The position numbers and the translations under genes are program-made. Below the pieces are notes generated by a model. The model was not told where the DNA came from, did not search any database, and was given only the letters and a program-made list of their open reading frames with translations. This document shows positions 1-7,752 of a stretch of DNA of 13,737 nt, piece by piece. Source of the stretch: Ostreococcus tauri (Eukaryota); the NCBI GenBank assembly GCA_000214015.2, contig CAID01000014.2, positions 43,340 through 57,076 of the forward strand, written 5' to 3'. How positions within the stretch are numbered: position 1 is the first letter of the stretch; each line of letters starts with the position of its first letter.

Positions 1-1830
1 GGCGTCATCGGCGGCGGCTTCGTCGTCGGAGGCGCACGAGCGGGACGGATCGAAAGCGATTCGCGGGAAGTGGTGTTCCTCGCGAGCGTGGGCGACGACG
101 TCCCCGTCGTCGCCGTATTCCGCGCGAAACCGCGCGCGAAGTTCACTGTCAGAATCACTCACGAGCGCACTCGGCTGCTTGAGAAGCATGAGTTCTCGGA
201 TGTCGTCGTCCACGACGCGAAGCGCTTCCGCGACGGAGTCCGCCTCTCGCTCATCCGTGGGCAAACGCACGTAGCCCGCAGTCTTGGGATCGAATGGGAT
301 CTCGTCCACGGACGCGCCGAGTTGAGACTTTTTGACGTCCGCCTTGAGCTCGATCGCGAGACGACGCACGTCCTCACTCACGTCATCTTCTTCGGCGTCT
401 GACGCTCCGCCTCTCTCCGCGTCGCGTCGTCTGTACATCTCGTACTCCTCGTCTTCATCCTCGTCCTCGTCCTCGTCTTCGTCTTCGTCGTCATCGATGA
501 ATGACGCCGATGCGATGGCCTCGCGAAGGCACTCGATCTCGCGCTGGAGCAACTGCAACTGGACCTCGCGCTCCTCGCGTTCCTCCTCAAACTCGTCGTC
601 ATCCAAATCGTAGCTAAAGTGTTCCTCCATCTCTTCCACGTCACCGACGGAGCCGTCGGCATCGACCGGCTCGACGAAATCGTAATGTTCCGCACCGTAC
701 GCCTCGGGCGTGACGTGAAAGTACGTCGGCGCGATGATCTCGTCCACGGGCGCCGTTTGCGCGTCGATCGGCGCGTCCGCGCGCGCGACGATATCCGCGC
801 CGTACGGCACAAAATCCGAGCACGAGCGCGTCGCGGTGACTTCGTACACCGCCACCTCGCTCGTTCCGGCGAGTACGCACGCGCACAAAAACTTCCCACG
901 CTGCGTCAGCGTGACCAAGACGTCTGAACACGCGAACCGAACGCATGCCGCCCACGTCGCGGCGTCCTCGACGCGCTCCGCGCCTTGAATCCACACCCCC
1001 GTGAGCGGTTCTTCCTCCGTCCCGCGCGCGTCTTCGCCCAAAAACACCATCCGTCGCGTTCTATCCAGCGTGATGAATCCCGTGGTGACGCATCGATCCC
1101 GTCCCGCCGTCGCCGCCGCGCGCGTCGCCTCGACGAGCGTCTCGTTGTCTCTCGCGCGCGGCGGATGAATCGGTCCAAGTTCAAATTCGCACCACGGCGC
1201 GCGCACCGCGAACGCCACGCGCACCGCATCATCGTCCCCGAGCACCACCGCCGCGCGCGTTGGGGTGAGCGCCAACGGACACAACGGCGCATCGCTCGCG
1301 AGCGCGCGTTCGAACGCCGCGATGGACGCGTCGTCGTCATCCATCCACGCCGCCCGTCGCGCCGCGGCCAAATCACGCTCGACGTCCCCATCGCCGTCAC
1401 TCGCGACGACGACGACTGGAATCACACACGTTCGCCCGTCGTCGTCGTCGTCGTCGTCGTCGTCCATCACCCGCGCCGCCGCGTCGCCGCGTTTCTTCGC
1501 ATCCGTCGCCGCGAGCGCGAACGCCTTCGTGTTCCCCCCCGCGCGCGCCCGCACATCCGCCATCGCGCGCGCGTCCATCATAATTCTCGGCGCCGCCATC
1601 GACGCCCCCACGCGCGCGATCGCGCGGCCGTCGTTCGCGGCGTCGGCGTCCCAGAGCGCGCGGCGACTCACTGGGAAATCACACATCATCGATCCATCAT
1701 CGCCGCGTCCCGTCCGCACGCGCGCGGCGTCGGTCTCGCCGAGCGCCTCGACGCGTGCTCGAGCGCGCGGCGTCGCGATGACGACGCGCGCGCGCTCTGG
1801 GACGGCGTCGTCGTCGAAGTAGGCGCTCAT
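1..1830 (-). CDS. STIL-like protein (N-terminal STIL-type domain, acidic tracts, coiled coil). The 5' end is complete and the 3' end runs off the left edge of the window.
   Basis: Translated by hand, the minus-strand frame with ATG at 1830-1828 stays open for all 610 codons down to position 1. The ORF track omits it only because there is no stop in the window, and no competing ORF is listed in that frame. The product starts MSAYFDDDAVPERAR and contains FPVSRRALWD. It also contains GFITLDRTRRMVFLGEDARGTEEEPLTGVWIQGAERVEDAATWAACVRF (codons 1080-934 re-verified base by base), a D9 run, a DE-rich tract and the coiled coil EEREVQLQLLQREIECLREA. From memory, these resemble human STIL FPPSKCALWN, GYLTMDETRKLLLL..PLVGIWLSG..VWACCLRY and QLRLLQAQIQRLLEA. 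Codon usage (GCG/ACG/GAC/CGC) matches the other genes here. An alternative start is the MM pair at 1689/1686. Confidence 0.55.
   Translation of the reverse strand, partial: MSAYFDDDAVPERARVVIATPRARARVEALGETDAARVRTGRGDDGSMMCDFPVSRRALWDADAANDGRAIARVGASMAAPRIMMDARAMADVRARAGGNTKAFALAATDAKKRGDAAARVMDDDDDDDDDGRTCVIPVVVVASDGDGDVERDLAAARRAAWMDDDDASIAAFERALASDAPLCPLALTPTRAAVVLGDDDAVRVAFAVRAPWCEFELGPIHPPRARDNETLVEATRAAATAGRDRCVTTGFITLDRTRRMVFLGEDARGTEEEPLTGVWIQGAERVEDAATWAACVRFACSDVLVTLTQRGKFLCACVLAGTSEVAVYEVTATRSCSDFVPYGADIVARADAPIDAQTAPVDEIIAPTYFHVTPEAYGAEHYDFVEPVDADGSVGDVEEMEEHFSYDLDDDEFEEEREEREVQLQLLQREIECLREAIASASFIDDDEDEDEDEDEDEDEEYEMYRRRDAERGGASDAEEDDVSEDVRRLAIELKADVKKSQLGASVDEIPFDPKTAGYVRLPTDEREADSVAEALRVVDDDIRELMLLKQPSALVSDSDSELRARFRAEYGDDGDVVAHAREEHHFPRIAFDPSRSCASDDEAAADDA
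1438..1464 (-). repeat. Perfect trinucleotide microsatellite, (GTC)9 on the plus strand and (GAC)9 in the coding sense, encoding Asp9.
   Basis: Nine consecutive gtc units are read directly at 1438-1464. They lie in frame within the 1-1830 minus-strand ORF (VMDDDDDDDDDGR). Confidence 0.9.
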
Positions 1831-1857
1831 GAGTGCGTCGGCATTTCACGACGAGCG

Positions 1858-3372
1858 ATGGCGACGACTTCGACCACGGGCGTCCGTGCGAGGGCGTCGC
1901 GCGCGCGGTGGACGACGCGATCGACGCGGGCGCGCGTTCGAGGGGACGCCCAGCGCGCGCGTGCGTCGAGGGAGGCGTACGATGGGTTGTGGATGTGGCT
2001 CGAGCGACGCGGCGCGGACGTCTCGCGCGTCGTCGCGGATGCGGTGACGACGGACGCGAACGATTCGGAACGTGCGCAGTTTGGCGTGCGCGCGAAGACG
2101 ACGCTCCGTCGAGGGACGCGGGCGATGGTGATTCCGAGAGAGGTGTGGATGGATGCGACGCGGGCGACGGAGGACGCGGACGTCGGCGCGGCGTTGCGGG
2201 ACGCGCGGTACGATGCGGTGAAACAACCGTGGGTGCGAGTGGCGCTGTTGCTGTTGAAGGAACGTGAACGTGGGGCGGATGGGGAATTCGCGGCGTACGT
2301 GGCGACGCTGCCGAAGACGCTGGACTCGCCGTTGTTTTGGAGCGCGGATGAGTTGCGGGACATCGCGGGGACGCAGTTATTGGATAACGCCGCCGGGTAC
2401 GACGCGTACGTGCGAGCGGTGTACGAAGAATTGAAAAATGGAGTGTTCGTTGAGTACGCGTCGACGTTTGACGTCGACGGTGCGTTCGATGAGGCGAGCT
2501 TTCGATGGGCGTTTGGAATCTTGCGCTCGCGAACGATGGCGCCCCTCGACGGCGCGAACGTCGCCCTCGTTCCGGGTTTGGATTTAATCAATCACAGCTC
2601 GCTGAGCGGGGCGAGATGGCGCGTGGGCGGGGGCGGGGGGATGGGGGGATTGTTCGGCGGCGGTTCCGGCTCTGGCGTCGCCGCCTACGTCGAGTGCGAT
2701 CGAGACTACGACGAGGGCGCCGAGATCTTCGTCAACTACGATCCGGAGGGGATCGATTCGAAATTCGCGCTCGATTACGGTTTCATTGATGTGGTGAATC
2801 CCTCACCCGGGTACGCGCTCACGCTCTCCATTCCCGAGGACGACGCCAACCTGTTCGACAAACTTGATGTTCTGGAGACGCAAGGGCTTCCAGAGGCGCC
2901 GACGTTCACGTTGAGGCCGTACAGCGATCCCGATCGCGAATTACGAACGTTCTTGCGTCTGTTACACTGCAAAGACACCGACGCCTTCCTGTTAGAGGCG
3001 CTGTTCCGCCAGCAGTGCTGGTCGCTCATCTCCGAGCCGCTTTCTCGGGAGAACGAAGCCGATTGCTGCGCCTCCATCACCCGAGGCGTCGCCGACGCGC
3101 TCTCGGCGTACGAAACCAGGAGTTTAGACCAAGAGAAAGCGTTTCTCACCACGCCACCGAACGAGCGTCAAGGCGGGATTCGTCAAGAAATCGCCGTTCG
3201 CGCGCGTCTGAGCGAGAAATCCGCCCTGTTAGAGGCGAGCGCCTTTTTCGACGTCGTCGCGAGCTCTCTGGACAAGCTCGAGTACTACCAAGAGCGACGC
3301 CTTCGATCGTTAAACTTACTCAACGACGACGGTTCGAGCACGTACGACCCGTTCAACGAAACCATGGCGTAG
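1858..3372 (+). CDS. LSMT: Rubisco large-subunit methyltransferase-type SET-domain protein lysine methyltransferase (LSMT/LSMT-like), with an N-terminal transit-peptide-like sequence.
   Basis: This is the in-frame ATG at 1858 within track ORF 985-3372, whose TTG start and first 291 codons are antisense to the STIL-like CDS and look like junk. SET and Rubisco-LSMT substrate-binding motifs closely match pea LSMT as I remember it. The matching motifs are FRWAFGILSRSR-type FRWAFGILRSRTM, LVPGLDLINHS, GAEIFVNYD, FALDYGFID, DKLDVLETQGL, DTDAFLLEALFR and LDKLEYYQERRLRSL. The first ~40 aa (MATTSTTGVRARASRARWTTRSTRARVRG) are S/T/R/A-rich like a chloroplast transit peptide. The TAG stop is at 3370-3372. 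An alternative start is the ATG at 1993. Confidence 0.85.
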   Translation: MATTSTTGVRARASRARWTTRSTRARVRGDAQRARASREAYDGLWMWLERRGADVSRVVADAVTTDANDSERAQFGVRAKTTLRRGTRAMVIPREVWMDATRATEDADVGAALRDARYDAVKQPWVRVALLLLKERERGADGEFAAYVATLPKTLDSPLFWSADELRDIAGTQLLDNAAGYDAYVRAVYEELKNGVFVEYASTFDVDGAFDEASFRWAFGILRSRTMAPLDGANVALVPGLDLINHSSLSGARWRVGGGGGMGGLFGGGSGSGVAAYVECDRDYDEGAEIFVNYDPEGIDSKFALDYGFIDVVNPSPGYALTLSIPEDDANLFDKLDVLETQGLPEAPTFTLRPYSDPDRELRTFLRLLHCKDTDAFLLEALFRQQCWSLISEPLSRENEADCCASITRGVADALSAYETRSLDQEKAFLTTPPNERQGGIRQEIAVRARLSEKSALLEASAFFDVVASSLDKLEYYQERRLRSLNLLNDDGSSTYDPFNETMA

Positions 3373-3668
3373 ACCTTCGTCGCTGTAATCGCCCACGTCG
3401 ACCACCGTTCGCGCGTATTGCATCGCTAAGCGTCGTCTCGCCCGTACGCGTCGCCGACGCATCCGTCGCGTCCCATCCCAAGCCATTCATCCAGTTCATC
3501 CCATTCATCCCATCACTTCGCGTCCACCGCACGCGTCCACGCGCGCGGCGTCGCGCGTCGACGCCCATCGGCGCGCGGTCGCGGGTCCGAGCGCGCGCAT
3601 CGCGCGTGCGCGCGGTCGTCGCGCGCGCCGTCGTGCGATCTGTCGAATCGATCGTTCCACGGTGAAAC

Positions 3669-3692
3669 GATCCATCGCGCGATCCATCGCGC
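3669..3692. repeat. Perfect 12-bp tandem duplication (gatccatcgcgc x2) just upstream of the Sfi1-like start codon.
   Basis: Read directly: gatccatcgcgc at 3669-3680 and again at 3681-3692, 28 nt before the ATG at 3720. Any function as a core-promoter or 5'UTR element is speculative. Confidence 0.8.
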
Positions 3693-3719
3693 GTGTGCGA
3701 CGCCGTGACGCCCGGAGAG

Positions 3720-6700
3720 ATGCTCGGAGCGCGACGAAACGATGGTGATGACGCCGGACGATCGTCGTACGACGCGTTGGCGCGCTTGGCGTCGAGCTCG
3801 AGACCGAGTTCGCCGGGAGGGACGTCGACGGCGTCGAGGGCGCGGACGGAGCGCGGGACGAGAGAAGTGAGACGAGAGATTGATTATAAGAATGGATCGA
3901 GCGCGCGAACGTCGATACGGGCGGGAGATGTCGTGGCGTTCGTGACGCCGGATGAGGGGAAACCGTACGTTGCGGTGGGGGAGCGAGACGAGGCGAGGGA
4001 TGGGGAGGTGCGATGGCGGTTTGAAGCGGACGCGGACGGCGTCGGGAGCGCGCAGGCGCTGAGGGAACGACAGGAGACGCACTTGGAGGTGTTGATGCAT
4101 AATGGATTCATTGGATTCCGATCGTTCGCGGCTAAGGAGCGCTTACTGCAGGCGACGAGGCACGGGAGGCAACGCTTGGGGTTCGCGAGCGTGAATTTCG
4201 GCACGTGGGAGGAGTGGATCTTGGACGACGCTGAACGCAGGCGACTGAACGATTCGGCGTGGACGAGGTGCGAGATCACGCTCAAACATCGACGATTGGA
4301 GGCGTACAGATTGCACGTCACCATTGTGCGCGTCGGAAAAGTCGTGAGCTCGAGCACCGTTGTCGAGGAAGTCGAGAAGGATGACGTCAAGAGCGTGTCG
4401 CGTCACAGCACCCCGCGAGGGGCGCTCACCGCGGTGGATCGCTTCCGCGTCGCGCGCGAGCCCGCAGAGGAACCACGGGTGCGACCGCACGCCATGCACG
4501 TCATGGGTGGTGCGATGATGAAGGAGTGGGCGGCCGCTCTGGAGAAGGAAGTCGCCGCTCGTCGAATCATCGAACAGGAGCTTCACGAGCTCCATCAGGC
4601 GGATGATCAATTGCGAGAGTGGGCGCTCACTGAGCTCAACCGTTTACGGCAATTTGCACAGTCCGAGGTCGATTCCCTCGCGAACGAGGTGGAGGAACGA
4701 AATAAGAAGATGGCAGAGATGAAGCAACAGCGTCGCGCTCTCGAGCTTCGATCGAAAATGCTCGAAAATCTTGACGAAGAGCGTTTGAACTCCATCGTCG
4801 ACACGTTTCGGCGAGTGCAATGTGGTAGCCTACTGCGCCGGACGTTTGCGCAGTGGCGACACGTGAGCGGCGCTGGGTCGGGAATGTTGAAGAGCAAGGC
4901 GATCGAGCACGCGTTTTCAAAATATCACGCGTCAGGACAGCGAAAGTATTTGTTGAAGAGGGTAATGACGGCTTGGAGGGCGAATGCGGCGCAGGAGAAG
5001 CGCGTTCGACGTTTGCTCAGCTCTGTTCTCAATCGATACTGTTTCGTCGCGTTCAGAACGTGGGCGAACGAGTATCGTTCGGGAAAACTTCGGCGAGAGG
5101 TCAAGGAGCGCGTCGCACCGAGTCGACGGATCGGTGTGCACTTGGACAACGCGCTCATCACTGGCTTTCAAACGCGTGCAGAATTAAAGTATCATCATCT
5201 GCGTAGAGCTATCATCGATCACGCGCGCAGGATTCCGGGCGTTCGCGTCGATCTCGTCAGCGCAGCCTTTGAAGGTGGACGAGAGACAGAAAATGCGGCG
5301 ACGTACATGCTCTCCGATTCTCTCAGCGATCCTCTGGGTTCTATCAATCTCGCGAGAGAGGCGGCGTTGCGACGCGCTGGCGTCGAGAGCATCGGCGATG
5401 TGACGCACGCGTTCGACCAGGGTGTGGCGGCCGCGTCTAGGATGATTCAAGCACGTCTCAATTACGTGTATACGCACGCGGACACGATTCCCGAAGCGAT
5501 CTGGTTGATAAAGGCGTATGATATCGGTGAAAGTGTCGAGAACGCCGCCAAGCAAAATCGGGCGATGTCGCGAGGCAAGCTCCTCGTCGATGTTTCTAAG
5601 ATGCCGACGAAGGCTGGACGCGTAATTTTAGGTGCGTTCTATCGAGGAAACTATGCGCGCGATTACGCTCTTGAAAGAAGAGCAAGTTTCGCGAAGTATG
5701 AAGATGCCTTCGAAGCTGGTATGGCGGCTGGGTCGGGTCAGTACAAGCGCCAGGAGTTCACTTCTCAGGCGCGCTCGGCCGTCGAACTCGATGCGATCTG
5801 TGTTGCTTTCGATGGCGGTGTCGCGAATGCCTGTTACGCCACGAACACGAATCCGTTCACTCGGGTCCAGGCCATCGTGGACTCAAACGACAGCGTGAGC
5901 TGGTTGCGAGAAACGCTCATGACCACCGTGGAAGTCGCTTCCGGCAACGTCCTCACGACGAATAATGAGTTTCTCTTGCACAAGATCCTTCATCCTCTTA
6001 GCAAGGACATGATGCGCGTGTCCTTCAAGGCTTGGCTCAAGACTCATCGCGAAGTAAAGGAATCGAATCTCCTCGTAGCGCGCTTCTCGGCGCGCAGAGA
6101 TCGCCGCTCGAAGAAGGAAACTCTGTTCGCCTGGCGAAACATCGCCACCGCGCTCAAGAAGAGACACATAGTTCTTCGGCGAATCGGTTTGAGGATCAAG
6201 AATGTCACCTTGAGCAGCGCCTTTCAAACGTGGGCGGATAACGCCGATACAATCGCCAGTCAACGCGTGATTCTGACTCGCTACGTGCACCGCATGAAGA
6301 GTAGACTGCTCTACGCGACGTTTAAGGCATGGGCGGAAGTCTCCACGAAGGACGATCGCCTCGAGAAGATGACTCACATGATACTCGCTCGTATTAAACG
6401 ATTCGAGCTCATCAAGGCTTTCTCCGCGTGGGTTGATCACGCGCAGAGTGCGATTGCGAATCGCGAAAAGGCAGAGAGATTCATATTACGCTTCCGCAAC
6501 CGCACGCTCGCCATGAGCCTGCGGGCTTGGCGAGAGAACACCGAGGAGATGAAGACACATCGTATGAAGATTCGAAAGGTAGTCGTCCGCGCGCAAAATC
6601 GCATGCTCGCGGCGTGTTTTTATCAGTGGAGCAATTTGATGTCCGAGAAGAAGCGTCGTAGCGTCCTCTTAGAACGTATGGCTCTGCGCCTGAACATGCG

Positions 6701-7529
6701 CTTATTGGTCAGGTCATGGAACAAGTGGGGTGAGTACGTGGTCAACGAAAAGCGCCGAAACAACGTTCTTGGCAAGGTGTACTCGCGTATTCGAAACACC
6801 GAATTGGCCAACGCTTTCACGCGTTGGCGCGAATTCGCGGAGGAGTCGTACGATGCCAAGATGCAACTGCGCAAAATTGTCAGTCGCATGCTTCGTTTGC
6901 GTCTCTCGCAAGCCCTCGGGCGCTGGCGAGAAAACACGATAGAGTCGCAGCGACAACGCGCGCTACTCGCTCGAGTCGCCACGCGCATTCGTAACCGATG
7001 CGTTGCGCAGTGCTTCAACGCGTGGTGCGACACGGTGAACGACAACAAGATCGAGGCGCAGGCGTCCGCGTACCGACAAAGACTCGTCAATAATCTGTGC
7101 TTGCGAATCAACCGAGCGACGCTCAGAGAGGCGTTCAAAAAGTGGTGGCGCGTGGTCGAGGAGCGCGAGATGCATCGCGAGATGATTCGAAAAGTCCTCC
7201 GCGCGAAGCGCGTCGCGATGAACTTCTTCATGACGTGGTACTGGGACGCCTTTGACGGCGACATCCAGGATACCATGGCGGACATGTTCGGAAGCACGCG
7301 AGCGTACATGACCGAAGCCTTCGACGGCGCCGACGTCGCCCGAGAGGCGCTCGACTTTGTGCGCTATTACGACAACGACTCATTCGAAGGGGATGAAGGC
7401 CGAGAGGAATTCACCGCCGGAGGATCGCCGCCGCCGCCCGAATGGACCAACGACGACGACTTCGTCACGCCGAGCGCGACGCCGAGCAAATCCGCGAGAC
7501 CGAGCCCGCGCGAAGGATTCGTTCCGTAG
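3720..7529 (+). CDS. SFI1: Sfi1-like centrin-binding repeat protein (about 1269 aa).
   Basis: Track ORF 3693-7529 starts at GTG, and the first in-frame ATG is at 3720 (MLGARRNDGDD...). The C-terminal half carries 13 repeats fitting the Sfi1 centrin-binding consensus LLxxx(F/L)xxW(K/R). Examples are RLLYATFKAWAE, ELIKAFSAWVD, RMLAACFYQWSN, TELANAFTRWRE, RLSQALGRWRE and RCVAQCFNAWCD. Three further repeats lie near aa 388-457 (FAQW, MTAW, FRTW). The TAG stop is at 7527-7529. Confidence 0.8.
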   Translation: MLGARRNDGDDAGRSSYDALARLASSSRPSSPGGTSTASRARTERGTREVRREIDYKNGSSARTSIRAGDVVAFVTPDEGKPYVAVGERDEARDGEVRWRFEADADGVGSAQALRERQETHLEVLMHNGFIGFRSFAAKERLLQATRHGRQRLGFASVNFGTWEEWILDDAERRRLNDSAWTRCEITLKHRRLEAYRLHVTIVRVGKVVSSSTVVEEVEKDDVKSVSRHSTPRGALTAVDRFRVAREPAEEPRVRPHAMHVMGGAMMKEWAAALEKEVAARRIIEQELHELHQADDQLREWALTELNRLRQFAQSEVDSLANEVEERNKKMAEMKQQRRALELRSKMLENLDEERLNSIVDTFRRVQCGSLLRRTFAQWRHVSGAGSGMLKSKAIEHAFSKYHASGQRKYLLKRVMTAWRANAAQEKRVRRLLSSVLNRYCFVAFRTWANEYRSGKLRREVKERVAPSRRIGVHLDNALITGFQTRAELKYHHLRRAIIDHARRIPGVRVDLVSAAFEGGRETENAATYMLSDSLSDPLGSINLAREAALRRAGVESIGDVTHAFDQGVAAASRMIQARLNYVYTHADTIPEAIWLIKAYDIGESVENAAKQNRAMSRGKLLVDVSKMPTKAGRVILGAFYRGNYARDYALERRASFAKYEDAFEAGMAAGSGQYKRQEFTSQARSAVELDAICVAFDGGVANACYATNTNPFTRVQAIVDSNDSVSWLRETLMTTVEVASGNVLTTNNEFLLHKILHPLSKDMMRVSFKAWLKTHREVKESNLLVARFSARRDRRSKKETLFAWRNIATALKKRHIVLRRIGLRIKNVTLSSAFQTWADNADTIASQRVILTRYVHRMKSRLLYATFKAWAEVSTKDDRLEKMTHMILARIKRFELIKAFSAWVDHAQSAIANREKAERFILRFRNRTLAMSLRAWRENTEEMKTHRMKIRKVVVRAQNRMLAACFYQWSNLMSEKKRRSVLLERMALRLNMRLLVRSWNKWGEYVVNEKRRNNVLGKVYSRIRNTELANAFTRWREFAEESYDAKMQLRKIVSRMLRLRLSQALGRWRENTIESQRQRALLARVATRIRNRCVAQCFNAWCDTVNDNKIEAQASAYRQRLVNNLCLRINRATLREAFKKWWRVVEEREMHREMIRKVLRAKRVAMNFFMTWYWDAFDGDIQDTMADMFGSTRAYMTEAFDGADVAREALDFVRYYDNDSFEGDEGREEFTAGGSPPPPEWTNDDDFVTPSATPSKSARPSPREGFVP
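4854..5063 (+). repeat. N-proximal mini-array of three Sfi1-type repeats.
   Basis: The Trp codons sit at 4854, 4974 and 5061 (RRTFAQWRH, LKRVMTAWRA, CFVAFRTWAN), with spacings of 40 and 29 aa. Confidence 0.6.
6033..7238 (+). repeat. Coding tandem array of 13 Sfi1-type repeats with a 33-codon (99-nt) period. The copies are diverged at the DNA level.
   Basis: The conserved Trp codons run from 6033-6035 (aa 781 of the track ORF) to 7236-7238 (aa 1182). I counted the Trp-to-Trp spacing residue by residue. It is exactly 33 aa for ten consecutive intervals, then 40 and 31. Confidence 0.85.
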
Positions 7530-7601
7530 ATTGACTCTCGTCACGTCGTGTGCGACGAATCGACAAAGAAAAGTCTACGTACTTCAAATACGAACATCAA
7601 C

Positions 7602-7611
7602 AAAAAAGAAA
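7602..7611 (-). terminator. RNA polymerase III T-run terminator for tRNA-Val.
   Basis: The minus-strand 3' trailer after the discriminator reads ACAGGTTTCTTTTTTG. The T6 run is at 7607-7602, 10 nt past the tRNA end. Confidence 0.6.
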
Positions 7612-7616
7612 CCTGT

Positions 7617-7690
7617 TACTTCAAGACGGGTTCGAACCGCCGACCTTCCGCGTGTAAGGCGGACGCGATAACCAACTACGCCATCGAAGC
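7617..7690 (-). tRNA. trnV-UAC: tRNA-Val, anticodon UAC.
   Basis: The minus strand folds by hand into a cloverleaf with these elements. Acceptor: GCTTCGA, paired with TTGAAGT over 7 bp including 2 G-U pairs. Positions 8-9: TG. D-stem and loop: GCGT AGTTGGTTA TCGC, followed by G. Anticodon stem-loop: TCCGC CTTACAC GCGGA, with anticodon TAC. Variable loop: AGGTC. T-arm: GGCGG TTCGAAC CCGTC. Discriminator: A. The A-box (TGGCGTAGTTGG) and B-box (GGTTCGAACC) internal promoter elements are present. The length is 74 nt with no encoded CCA. Confidence 0.93.
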
Positions 7691-7752
7691 CTCGTTTTCC
7701 CGCGCGCGCGCACGCCATCGTCGAAAGCGTGGTACACTATGGTAACGTGTGC

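Noticed and set aside
985-1857. The N-terminal 291 codons of track ORF 985-3372, with a TTG start, and an in-frame ATG at 1165.
   Set aside because: TTG is not a eukaryotic start. The encoded sequence (RRRRRARR, HHRRARWGERQ, V9) is junk and lies antisense to the well-behaved STIL-like frame. LSMT homology begins only after the ATG at 1858.
1827-2591. 254-aa and 126-aa minus-strand ORFs antisense to the LSMT gene.
   Set aside because: They are Ser/Ala/Arg-rich with no motifs. The plus frame carries unambiguous SET/LSMT motifs.
2625-2680. A Gly-rich segment (GGGGGMGGLFGGGSGSG) inside the SET domain, considered as a possible insertion or intron remnant.
   Set aside because: It aligns with the naturally variable loop between the NH and Y motifs of LSMT-type SET domains (pea has …KGAAGLFS… there). 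It is in frame with no splice-site-like boundaries. It is most likely lineage-specific loop drift in GC-rich DNA.
3331-3340. ggttcgagca, resembling a tRNA T-arm/B-box.
   Set aside because: It lies in frame inside the LSMT CDS (…DDGSSTYDPF), and the flanking sequence cannot form an acceptor or anticodon stem.
3481-3520. An imperfect ttcatcc 9-mer repetition (cattcatcc agttcatcc cattcatcc) in the LSMT/Sfi1 intergenic region.
   Set aside because: It is short and imperfect with only three copies, and I could not find it repeated elsewhere in the window. I noted it but it is not strong enough to call as a regulatory element.
6623-7309. A 228-aa minus-strand ORF antisense to the Sfi1 repeat array.
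   Set aside because: It stays open because the repeat codon composition avoids complementary stops. It has no independent features, and its Arg/Ser/Leu-rich product mirrors the sense repeats.
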